64,000 bases of DNA from Deltaproteobacteria bacterium (GTDB lineage: Bacteria; Desulfobacterota; GWC2-55-46), in assembly GCA_016219015.1 (NCBI GenBank), contig JACRCL010000027.1, forward strand, positions 721 through 64,720, written 5' to 3'. Positions 1 to 7,594 of this stretch are shown in pieces. The translations under genes and the position numbers were made by a program. Numbering within the stretch: position 1 is the stretch's first letter; each line of letters opens with the position of its first letter. The notes under the pieces are model-generated. The model was given only the letters and a program-made list of their open reading frames with translations, was not told the origin of the DNA and did no database searches.

Positions 1-183
1 AACGAGGCAATTGACAGATGTAATTTCTTTTATGAAAAATCCTTTGATCAATCATTATCAGGAGAAAATCATTTAATTATGAGAGCTAACATGAAAGAAG
101 AATATAAAAGAATGGCACAATCTTGCCGTAAGACCGCAGACCTTTGTTCAAAAACAATATCAGATATGGAATCATCTCAATAA
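1..183 (+). CDS. 3-prime end of a hypothetical protein gene entering from the left window edge (partial)
   Basis: Frame 1 is open from nt 1 to TAA at 181-183 (NEAIDRCNFFYEKSFDQ...CSKTISDMESSQ*). It is absent from the ORF track because there is no start in the window. AT-rich, no family recognised. Confidence 0.3.
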   Translation, partial: NEAIDRCNFFYEKSFDQSLSGENHLIMRANMKEEYKRMAQSCRKTADLCSKTISDMESSQ

Positions 184-268
184 CTTTTGTAGCCATGATA
201 AGTTGGATTAAGCATCTTTCCCTCCGAATCTTATAAGTTGAGAAAAAACTGTTTAGCCTGTCAGTTAC

Positions 269-303
269 CGGATTCTTCGTCGCCTTCGGCTCCTCAGAAT
301 GAC
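269..303. repeat. family B half-element (CGGATTCTTCG...CTCAGAATGAC)
   Basis: One mismatch from the reverse complement of the left arm of the copy at 18816-18850. Confidence 0.8.
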
Positions 304-373
304 AACTGTTTGCGCAACCTGCCCCCCCGTTAATCCCTTGCCAAAATAGCGCGAAAGTATTTAGAATACCTCC

Positions 374-568
374 ATGCAAGACCTCATCTGCATAAAATGC
401 CCTCAAGCCCTTTTCCTCGACCCGAAAAAGGAGATATGCTACAAGACGGGCGGGCTTTTCTGTAAAAGACTCAAGATAATAGTGGACAAGTACGGCCCCT
501 GCCGGATAATAGATAGAGGCGCGAAAAAGGCCGCCGCGAAAAGGAAGTCGAAGAAGCCCTCGCCGTAA
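374..568 (+). CDS. small Cys-rich hypothetical protein with Lys-rich tail (64 aa)
   Basis: ATG ORF with Cys at 6, 9, 22, 30 and 43 (CIKC...C...C...C) and a KKAAAKRKSKK tail. Codon usage resembles neighbouring genes, but no Shine-Dalgarno is seen. Confidence 0.3.
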   Translation: MQDLICIKCPQALFLDPKKEICYKTGGLFCKRLKIIVDKYGPCRIIDRGAKKAAAKRKSKKPSP

Positions 569-642
569 GCCGTCCCGATTATCCTTTGACAATTCAGTAT
601 ATATTCAAAAATCAGGAAAGCTCGGATAAATTATGTCTTCCG

Positions 643-712
643 GTCATTCTGAGGGAGCATAGTGACCGAAGAATCTCGTAAAAATTAGATTCTTCGCTAC
701 GCTCAGAATGAC
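643..712. repeat. family B inverted-repeat element
   Basis: GTCATTCTGAGGGAGC...GAAGAATCTCG / AGATTCTTCGCTACGCTCAGAATGAC. Confidence 0.85.
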
Positions 713-730
713 ATGAGGCGCCTTTAACCA

Positions 731-1588
731 ATGAACTGGGTCCCTATAGCCTTATTGACCGCGCTGTCGCTATCCACGGCGGACGCCCTGACCAAGCGCG
801 CGCTCAAGGACTCTGACGAGCTCATCGTTGCGTGGGTGCGCTGGGGCTACGCCCTGCCGTTCCTCGCCGTAGCCTTCGCCTTTACGCCGATACCAGCGCT
901 CGACAGCACCTTCTGGCTGAGCGTCGCGGCGCTACTGCCGCTTGAGGTGACGGCGCTATTCCTCTATGTGAGGGCGATAAGGCTCTCGCCCCTGTCATTG
1001 ACCATCCCCTTCCTCGCTCTTACCCCGGCCTTTATCGTCCTCATCGCCTTCATCCTTTTGGGCGAGGTCCCGAGCCTTCAGGGCCTCTTCGGGATAATAT
1101 TGATAACCGTTGGCGCATACGCACTGAACGCGAAGGAGGCGCTGTCCGGCGTTGCAGGGCCTTTCAGGGCGATTGCGAGAGAGCCGGGCTCGATACTCAT
1201 GATAATAGTGGCCTTCATCTACAGCATCACCTCAACGCTCGGCAAGCTGGCCGTGGCCCACTCAAGCCCGGTATTCTTCGGGGCTTTTTACCCGTTCCTT
1301 TTGACGGCCGCCATAAGCGCCTTCGTCATTTACAGGAAAAAGGTGACGCTCGTATTCTCAAGGCCCCGTCTATTCATACCAATCGGGTTTTTAATGGCGG
1401 TCATGGTGCTCACGCACTTTATCGCCATAAGCCTCACGCAGGCCGCGTACATGATCTCGATAAAAAGGATGAGCCTTGTCTTCAGCGTTATCTACGGCAG
1501 GGTCATCTTCAAGGAGATGGGCCTCAAGGAGAGGCTATTGGGGAGCGTCGTGATGCTTGCCGGCGCGGCGCTCATAATACTCTCCTGA
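731..1588 (+). CDS. EamA/DMT-family transporter (10-TM membrane protein)
   Basis: 285 aa, highly hydrophobic, with a duplicated EamA-like pattern (LLTALSLSTADALTKRAL..., LGEVPSLQGLFGIILITVGAYAL). Confidence 0.8.
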   Translation: MNWVPIALLTALSLSTADALTKRALKDSDELIVAWVRWGYALPFLAVAFAFTPIPALDSTFWLSVAALLPLEVTALFLYVRAIRLSPLSLTIPFLALTPAFIVLIAFILLGEVPSLQGLFGIILITVGAYALNAKEALSGVAGPFRAIAREPGSILMIIVAFIYSITSTLGKLAVAHSSPVFFGAFYPFLLTAAISAFVIYRKKVTLVFSRPRLFIPIGFLMAVMVLTHFIAISLTQAAYMISIKRMSLVFSVIYGRVIFKEMGLKERLLGSVVMLAGAALIILS

Positions 1589-1604
1589 GTATTCCACTTT
1601 CTTC

Positions 1605-1816
1605 TTTTCACCCCCACCCTGCCCTCCCCCGTCAAGGGGGAGGGTTTTTTGAGGCGGCCCTTTAGCAAGAATTACATTATTGAAGCCTCAGGCAAGCCGC
1701 CCGGTATCACAAAACATCCCCTCCCTTGATGGGAGGGGATTGAGGGGAGGGTGAAAAAAATATTCCCCCCCTACTTTTCACCCCCTACCTACCCCTCCCC
1801 CGTCAAGGGGGAGGGG
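1605..1816. repeat. cluster of three G/C-tract hairpin repeats (TTTTCACCCCC..CCCTCCCCCGTCAAGGGGGAGGG)
   Basis: Copies at about 1605-1650 (+), 1715-1757 (inverted) and 1774-1816 (+). Confidence 0.8.
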
Positions 1817-1865
1817 TAAATAGCCTCTTTATCTCATTACGGCGCAACAGGAGATACGAAATCAA

Positions 1866-1890
1866 GGGTTCAGGTTGCAAACCTGAACCC
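1866..1890. repeat. GGGTTCAGGT-loop-ACCTGAACCC hairpin (same stem as the yggU terminator at 5991-6023)
   Basis: 10-bp perfect stem. A second copy of the stem sequence lies at 5995-6019. Confidence 0.7.
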
Positions 1891-1994
1891 GCATAACGAG
1901 TTTTTTTATAAAACACGGCAACTACAGAATTTGGATGAAATAAATCTGTTATTATTATATTATTTGGCTTTTAAGCCCAGGCCCGGAAAATAGG

Positions 1995-2639
1995 ATGAAT
2001 ATCTTAGAGTCGTTTAAAACCTCACTTCAGGCAGCGAAAAAGCGCTCCAACCTTATCATGTTCTACGCCCTGGCCCACATCGTCTTCCTCGCTTTGGGCC
2101 AGTGGATGGTCGCCATGGAGATACCGGGGGTGATATATCTAAGGAACGAGCAGTTGATGGAGATAAAAAACCTCCCGTACCTCAAGCCCCTTACAGGGGC
2201 GCTGGCCGGGAGCCTCGCCCTGAAGATACTCTACACCTTCCTCTTTAACCTTATCTTCGGCGCGTTTTTCTCCACCACGGTGACGGGCGTCATCTTCTTT
2301 TTGCCGTACCTGATAGCCGTATGGAGGAGCTTTATAATAGGCGTCCTCATCTACGGGGCGGAAACCTCCCCGCTTACGCAGATGGTCTTTTACGGGACCT
2401 TCGTGCTGGAGTTCGGGGCGTACTGCGTCTCATCCGCCGTTGGCACGGACATAGGGCTTACGCTCCTGTGGCCCGCTCGGAAGCGCGCGGGGTCCCGGAA
2501 AGAGGCGATTCTTATCTCCATGAGGGAGGGCAGAAGGCTCTACCTGCTGGTCGCGGTCATACTTTTCATAGCCGCGTGCTGGGAGATGAGCTGGCTCCAT
2601 TACCTCGGCCCCCTGATAAAACTTGAGAATTTGAAATAA
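1995..2639 (+). CDS. integral membrane protein, SpoIIM/DUF95-like
   Basis: 214 aa with about 5 TM segments. The layout resembles the stage II sporulation protein M family; the function call is tentative. Confidence 0.65.
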   Translation: MNILESFKTSLQAAKKRSNLIMFYALAHIVFLALGQWMVAMEIPGVIYLRNEQLMEIKNLPYLKPLTGALAGSLALKILYTFLFNLIFGAFFSTTVTGVIFFLPYLIAVWRSFIIGVLIYGAETSPLTQMVFYGTFVLEFGAYCVSSAVGTDIGLTLLWPARKRAGSRKEAILISMREGRRLYLLVAVILFIAACWEMSWLHYLGPLIKLENLK

Positions 2640-2668
2640 AACTCTGACTGAAAAACTCAAAATCACAC

Positions 2669-2794
2669 TCAGGCTGCTCAAAAAGTCCAAGATGCAAGGA
2701 GTCGAAAAATGAGGAATGAGACGTACGTACTCTGTACGTCGCAGTGACGAATTTTGAAGACGACGCCGCAGATTGGGCTTTTTCAGCAGCCTGA
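2669..2794. repeat. family C palindromic element, copy 1
   Basis: TCAGGCTGCTCAAAAAGTCCAAGATGCAAGG...GACGTACGTACTCTGTACGTC...GGGCTTTTTCAGCAGCCTGA, 30 nt after the stop of the SpoIIM-like gene. Confidence 0.88.
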
Positions 2795-2952
2795 GCTAAG
2801 ATTTCGCTTGGACAGGCCGAAAACTTGTGCTATAAGGTCTAAACAACCGGTGACACTTTTATTTTTCGCATCGAAGAGATAATTTCCCTTTATTTCCTGA
2901 ATAGTTAGTCCCCTTTTAAGGCTGGTAGAAAATTCCTGATTCTGGTTGTAAC

Positions 2953-3663
2953 ATGGCAGGGACTGTCTCAGAAAACTACATAAACGTCCTCGACCGGATT
3001 AGAAAGGCCGCCCGCAAGGCAGGCAGGGATCCGGGTGAGGTGACGCTCGTGGCCGTCACCAAAGGCGTTGAGATTAAAAAGATAAAAGAGGCCTTTTCCG
3101 CCGGCGTAAGGGTCTTCGGAGAAAATTACGTCCAGGAGGCCGAGGAGAAGGCCGCCAAGGTCAAGGACAAGTCCGTAAGGTGGCACTTCATAGGCCACCT
3201 CCAGAAGAACAAGGTCAAGCTCGCCCTGGAGCTCTTTGACGTTATCCAGACGGTAGAAGGGCCGGAGCTTGCGGCCGAGATAAACAAGCGCGCCACCGAG
3301 CCGGTTGATATACTCTTAGAGGTGAATATCGCCAGGGAGAAGACCAAGGCGGGAGTAGACGCCGAGGGGGCCGTAAAGCTGGCCAGAACCATCCCCTCGA
3401 TGGAAAAACTAAGGCTCAGGGGGCTTATGACCATACCCCCGCCCGTGGAAAACCCCGAGATGTCGCGCCCGTACTTCGTTGCATTGAGGAGACTTGCCGA
3501 GAGGATAAACAAGGAGCGCATCCCCGGAGTATTCCTCCGCGACCTATCGATGGGCATGTCGGCGGACTTCGAGGTCGCGGTCGAGGAAGGGGCTACGCTC
3601 ATAAGGGTGGGGACCGCGATATTCGGCCCAAGGCCCGAGAAAAAGGCCTCAAAGGGCGCGTAG
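2953..3663 (+). CDS. yggS: YggS-family pyridoxal-phosphate homeostasis protein
   Basis: VTLVAVTKGV...VFGENYVQEA...WHFIGHLQKNKVK...LRGLMTIPP...LSMGMSADFEVAVEEGATLIRVGTAIFG are typical YggS/PROSC motifs. Confidence 0.92.
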   Translation: MAGTVSENYINVLDRIRKAARKAGRDPGEVTLVAVTKGVEIKKIKEAFSAGVRVFGENYVQEAEEKAAKVKDKSVRWHFIGHLQKNKVKLALELFDVIQTVEGPELAAEINKRATEPVDILLEVNIAREKTKAGVDAEGAVKLARTIPSMEKLRLRGLMTIPPPVENPEMSRPYFVALRRLAERINKERIPGVFLRDLSMGMSADFEVAVEEGATLIRVGTAIFGPRPEKKASKGA

Positions 3664-3680
3664 ACCCCTTGGGCACAAAG

Positions 3681-4517
3681 ATGCTCACAAAGAAGACCAT
3701 AGGTTTCCTCGGCGCGGGCAACCTCGCGGAGGCCCTCATAAAAGGCCTGCTCGCCTCCAAAAGCGTAGGCGCGTCCCAGTTGATAGCGAGCGACAAGGTA
3801 AGCGAACGGCTCCTCCACCTTGCCCGCGCCTATGAGGTCAAGGTCTACAGCAAGAACTATGAAGCCGCAAGAAATGCTGATATAATATTTCTTACCGTAA
3901 AGCCGAACGACGCAAGGGAAGTCCTTACGGAAATAGCCCCCGAGATCGGCGGGGGTAAGCTCCTCATCTCGGCGGCAGCCGGAGTAACCACCACAGCGAT
4001 ACTCCAGACTTTAAAAGAGGGCGGGGCCAAAAGCCTTGTGCAGGTCGTAAGGGCCATGCCCAATACCCCGGTAATCGTGCGCGAAGGGGCCATAGGGCTT
4101 TGCGCGGGCATCGGGGCAGGCAAAAAAGGCCTGGACCTCGCCAGGGCGATATTCGAGGCCGTGGGCAAGGTGATCGTGGTCGAGGACGAACCGCTGCTTG
4201 ACTCAGTCACCGGCTTGAGCGGCAGCGGCCCGGCGTATGTCTTTCTTTTCATGGAGGCGCTGGCAGAAGCGGGAATAAAGGCAGGGCTTAGTGAAGAGAG
4301 CGCGAAGACCCTCGCGCTCCAGACCACCCTGGGGGCCGCGAAGCTCGCCATAGAGAGCCCGAAGGACCTGATGGAACTCCGGAGGATGGTCACTTCCCCC
4401 GGAGGCACCACCATCGAGGGTATAAAAAAACTCGAGGAGGCCGGGTTCAAGGAGGCCGTTGAGCGTGCCGTAGCCGCGGCCACAAAAAGGGCGAAGGAAC
4501 TTTCGGGCAAAAGGTGA
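3681..4517 (+). CDS. proC: pyrroline-5-carboxylate reductase
   Basis: IGFLGAGNLAEALIKGLL Rossmann N-terminus and the ...MPNTPV...SGSGPAYVF...SPGGTTIEG motif. ATG at 3681 is preferred over the TTG at 3669 given in the ORF track. Confidence 0.92.
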   Translation: MLTKKTIGFLGAGNLAEALIKGLLASKSVGASQLIASDKVSERLLHLARAYEVKVYSKNYEAARNADIIFLTVKPNDAREVLTEIAPEIGGGKLLISAAAGVTTTAILQTLKEGGAKSLVQVVRAMPNTPVIVREGAIGLCAGIGAGKKGLDLARAIFEAVGKVIVVEDEPLLDSVTGLSGSGPAYVFLFMEALAEAGIKAGLSEESAKTLALQTTLGAAKLAIESPKDLMELRRMVTSPGGTTIEGIKKLEEAGFKEAVERAVAAATKRAKELSGKR

Positions 4518-4610
4518 CGCCTTCGGCGTTTCGCGTTATTATTTCGTAAAGGGCTTTTCCCGGGCGCGGCATCGCGGTTTTTAAAAACCTTAGTCACTGG
4601 AATATGGATG

Positions 4611-4743
4611 CCTCTAAAAATTAGGAATTTTTTCTGAAGTCAAGGAGGGGCGGAAATAAAAAGCGGAGCATATATGGTAATATGTGAGCATTTTTATTTC
4701 CGCCCCTGACGCAGAAATCAGGAAAAAGAACAATTTTTAGAGA
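4611..4743 (+). repeat. family A palindromic MITE-like element, copy 1
   Basis: CCTCTAAAAATTAGGAATTTTTTCTGAAGTCAAGGAGGGGCGGAAATAAAAAGCGGAGCA...TGAGCATTTTTATTTCCGCCCCTGACGCAGAAATCAGGAAAAAGAACAATTTTTAGAGA. The two arms are inverted repeats of each other. Confidence 0.9.
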
Positions 4744-4795
4744 TAGCCTAAAGTCACTGAATTATCATAAAGATTGATGTATTAGGAGAGGGTGA

Positions 4796-5107
4796 ATGTT
4801 CGTTTTCGCGAATTTCCTGAGCGCAGCGGCCCAGATACTCGACTGGGTCCTCAACATATACGTATGGATAATAATAGCAAGGGCTTTGATCTCGTGGGTC
4901 AACCCGGACCCGTACAACCCCATAGTAAAGTTCCTCTATCAGGCTACCGAGCCGGTGCTCGGCAGGGTAAGGAACATACTGCCTTATATGGGAGGGTTTG
5001 ACATCTCCCCGATAATCGTCATATTCGCAATATACTTTTTCAAGTGGTTCGTCGTCACGACTCTTCTCGATTTAGCCTACAAGCTTAAGGCCGGAGGGAG
5101 CATATGA
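4796..5107 (+). CDS. yggT: YggT-family membrane protein
   Basis: 103 aa with IYVWIIIARALISWVNPDPYNPIVKFLYQATEPVL, the canonical YggT motif. Its stop overlaps the divIVA start (ATGA). Confidence 0.9.
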   Translation: MFVFANFLSAAAQILDWVLNIYVWIIIARALISWVNPDPYNPIVKFLYQATEPVLGRVRNILPYMGGFDISPIIVIFAIYFFKWFVVTTLLDLAYKLKAGGSI

Positions 5108-5604
5108 AGGTAACCTCTCTTGAGGTAAAGAGCCACCCGTTAAAAAAGAGCTTCAAGGGCTATGATGTCCGCGAGGTGGAGGCGCTGAGGGAGCTTGCGG
5201 CCGAGGCGCTCGCTGACGCGGCCCGGACCATATCCTCTCTTGAGGAAAGGCTTAAAAACTCCGAAGAGCGTTTGGCCGAGCACGTGGCGAACGAGAAGAT
5301 GCTAAAGGACACCATCACCACGGCCCAGAAGATGGTCGACGACCTCAAGGTGAACGCGAGGAAAGAGGCCGAGCTGACGATAGCCGAGGCCCGGCTGCAG
5401 GCGGATGAGATAATACGGCAGGCCCAGGCGCGCTCAAGGGACCTGCAGGAAGAGATATTCAGGCTTAAAAAACAGCGCATCGAGATCGAGACCTCCATAA
5501 AAGCCGTGATAGACTACCACTCGGCTACCCTCGTCGCCGAAGGTGAAGAGTCCAGGAAGGCCGATAGTGAATCGGAAAAGCTCAAGTTTTTCACCAAGCC
5601 CTAA
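5104..5604 (+). CDS. divIVA: DivIVA domain-containing coiled-coil protein
   Basis: The N-terminus (SLEVKSHPLKKSFKGYDVREVEALRELAAEAL) matches the DivIVA lipid-binding domain and is followed by coiled coil. Confidence 0.85.
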   Translation: MKVTSLEVKSHPLKKSFKGYDVREVEALRELAAEALADAARTISSLEERLKNSEERLAEHVANEKMLKDTITTAQKMVDDLKVNARKEAELTIAEARLQADEIIRQAQARSRDLQEEIFRLKKQRIEIETSIKAVIDYHSATLVAEGEESRKADSESEKLKFFTKP

Positions 5605-5959
5605 GACCCTCCCCCGTAAAAACGCAGGCGCTCCCCCAGGAAAATACCCGTTTATCGAAGAGACCCCGAAAGGGGTCTTCATAAGGATAAGGCTACAGCC
5701 GAGGTCCTCGAAGGACTCTATCGACTTGACGCAAGGGGGAGCGCAGGGGGGTTCGTTGAAGGTAAGGCTTACGGCCCCGCCAGTGGAGGGTGAGGCGAAC
5801 AGGGCGCTCATCGAGTTCCTCTCAAAGCTCCTCAAGATCAAAAAAAGCTCTTTTGAGATAGACGCCGGGGTCAAATCACGGGATAAAAGGGTGCGGGTCG
5901 AAGGGGTCAGCCGAAAGGAGCTTGAGGAGGCGTTTGGAAGGGTAATGGACAGGGCATAG
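5543..5959 (+). CDS. yggU: DUF167 (YggU-like) protein
   Basis: IRIRLQPRSSKDSI...LKVRLTAPPVEGEANRALIEFLSKLLKIKKSSFEI..G..SRDKRVRVEG is the DUF167 signature. The start is uncertain (GTG at 5543 or 5567); it overlaps the end of divIVA. Confidence 0.8.
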   Translation: MKSPGRPIVNRKSSSFSPSPKTLPRKNAGAPPGKYPFIEETPKGVFIRIRLQPRSSKDSIDLTQGGAQGGSLKVRLTAPPVEGEANRALIEFLSKLLKIKKSSFEIDAGVKSRDKRVRVEGVSRKELEEAFGRVMDRA

Positions 5960-5990
5960 TGTGAAGCAACAAAAGATTATCTTATACCCA

Positions 5991-6030
5991 AGACGGGTTC
6001 AGGTCGCAGACCTGAACCCGTCTTGTTTTT
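5991..6030 (+). terminator. rho-independent terminator after yggU
   Basis: 15-bp perfect stem AGACGGGTTCAGGTC/GACCTGAACCCGTCT followed by TGTTTTT. Confidence 0.8.
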
Positions 6031-6088
6031 CCCAAACCTCAAGGGGGTGTTGCTCACCAGCTGTCGTGAATCCGTTATAATATAGAGT

Positions 6089-6313
6089 ATGCTCATCAAG
6101 GTCGAGTCATACTCCGGCTACAAGGCGGACGAGAGGCCGAAGGCGCTCGTCATGGGAGACAAGCGGCTTGAGATAAAAGAGGTCATCGACAGGTGGTACG
6201 GCGCGGACCACGATTACTTCAAGGTCATGGCCGAAGACGGGTTCGTATATATCATCAGGCACGATAGATTCAGGGACGAATGGGAGCTTGTGATGATGGA
6301 GAGAGCAGATTGA
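6089..6313 (+). CDS. small conserved-looking hypothetical protein (74 aa)
   Basis: ATG ORF with host-like GC. No signal peptide or TM segment. Sequence runs VESYSGYKADERP...DRWYGADHDYFKV...YIIRHDRFRDEWELV. Function unknown. Confidence 0.6.
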   Translation: MLIKVESYSGYKADERPKALVMGDKRLEIKEVIDRWYGADHDYFKVMAEDGFVYIIRHDRFRDEWELVMMERAD

Positions 6314-6572
6314 TTTCTTATCACACCTCTCACCTTCTTGCCTCATTGGATTTTTTCATCCCTTTGCCCAAACTTTACCTGTCAGGTTGACTTGACTTCT
6401 CCTGGGTAATGGCCTTTTATTAATTGTCTGGCTTGGGGCCGTCCTTCATATTTTTTCTTGAAGACACACCTTCCCCTCAAAAAGGGGTAGAATAGTTTTC
6501 TCTTTATTTCTCTGAAAAAACAGACGAATACGATTTCAAGGGTTGAAAAAGTACACTACTATAGAAGGGTTG

Positions 6573-6578
6573 TATAAT
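6573..6578 (+). promoter_or_regulatory. candidate -10 box (TATAAT) upstream of the DUF4431 islet
   Basis: Perfect TATAAT preceded by TTG, about 40 nt upstream of the SD/ATG at 6601-6619. No good -35 was found. Confidence 0.3.
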
Positions 6579-6591
6579 CCAACTTAAATTA

Positions 6592-7065
6592 TTGTTACAC
6601 GGAGGAGTTCCGCCGTATGAAAAAAAATTTATTCTTCAAATCTTAGTGCTGTTTGTGTTCATTTTTTCTTTTCTTGCCGATGAAGCAATGGCAGAAGAAT
6701 GCCTTTCACATGAGCCGACAGAGGTCAGGCTTATAGGTACCATAATAAGAAAGACCTTCCCAGGTCCTCCGAATTACGAGAGCATAGAAAAAGGTGATGA
6801 GCCTGAAACATTTTGGATACTGAAGTTGAAAAGGCCCGTGTGCGTAAAAGGCAGACCTGATGATGAGTTGAATTCCGAAACAGAAAAGAATATAAAAAAC
6901 TTGCACTTGGTTCTTGATAACGAGATGTATGCTCGTTATAAACACCTCGTATTAAAAAATGTTATTGCTGAAGGCACGCTCTTTCACGCGCATACAGCAC
7001 ATCACCGAACAAAAGTCCTGATGACGGTTAAGAGATTATCGAAATATAAGGACGAAAAAGATTGA
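6592..7065 (+). CDS. DUF4431-like secreted protein, paralog 1 (start frame disturbed by an A8 tract)
   Basis: Roughly two-thirds identical by eye to the next gene. Motifs: EEC..EPT.V.L.GTII.KTFPGPP..ESIEKGD.PET.WILK.KRPVCV...LFHA.T.HH.TKVL. A signal-peptide-like hydrophobic N-terminus is present. The SD (GGAGGAG) plus ATG at 6617 are out of frame by one A. Confidence 0.75.
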   Translation: MLHGGVPPYEKKFILQILVLFVFIFSFLADEAMAEECLSHEPTEVRLIGTIIRKTFPGPPNYESIEKGDEPETFWILKLKRPVCVKGRPDDELNSETEKNIKNLHLVLDNEMYARYKHLVLKNVIAEGTLFHAHTAHHRTKVLMTVKRLSKYKDEKD

Positions 7066-7125
7066 GGCATTTATATTGTAATTATTCGCTCCCTTAATCA
7101 ACTTCCAAGTCTGGAGGATATATCG

Positions 7126-7575
7126 ATGAACAAAAAAATTATTTCATGTATTGTATTTTTACTAATCCTTTTTATCTTCGTTGCTTCTGATGCCAATTCC
7201 GAAGAATGCTTTTCATACGAACCAACAAAGGTAACACTTACAGGAACAATTATTGTGAAGACCTTTCCCGGACCGCCTGAATTCGAAAGTATAGAAAAAG
7301 GGGATAGGCCTGAAACATATTGGATACTTAAGATTAAACGACCAGTCTGTGTAAATGGAGATCCAAAGGATGAAGTAAACTTAGAAACCGAGAAAAATGT
7401 TCAAGATATGCAACTGGTACTTAGCATCGGAAAATATGCACGCTACAAGCATCTTGTAACAAAACAAGTGGTTGTGGATGGGACTCTCTTCCATGCCATA
7501 ACCGGTCATCATCACACCAAGGTATTACTAGAGGTGACCAGTATAAAACCAGCGAAGGACGAAAATAAGAAATAA
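7126..7575 (+). CDS. DUF4431-like secreted protein, paralog 2
   Basis: ATG preceded by GGAGGA. Clear signal peptide MNKKIISCIVFLLILFIFVASDANS. Same conserved core as paralog 1. Confidence 0.8.
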   Translation: MNKKIISCIVFLLILFIFVASDANSEECFSYEPTKVTLTGTIIVKTFPGPPEFESIEKGDRPETYWILKIKRPVCVNGDPKDEVNLETEKNVQDMQLVLSIGKYARYKHLVTKQVVVDGTLFHAITGHHHTKVLLEVTSIKPAKDENKK

Positions 7576-7594
7576 CTATAAAGGGAGAGACCGT

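Noticed and set aside
86-592. 168-aa minus-strand ORF at the left edge.
   Set aside because: It spans an AT-rich/GC-rich junction and a family B repeat fragment. It has a low-complexity sequence, no SD, and overlaps the more plausible plus-strand features.
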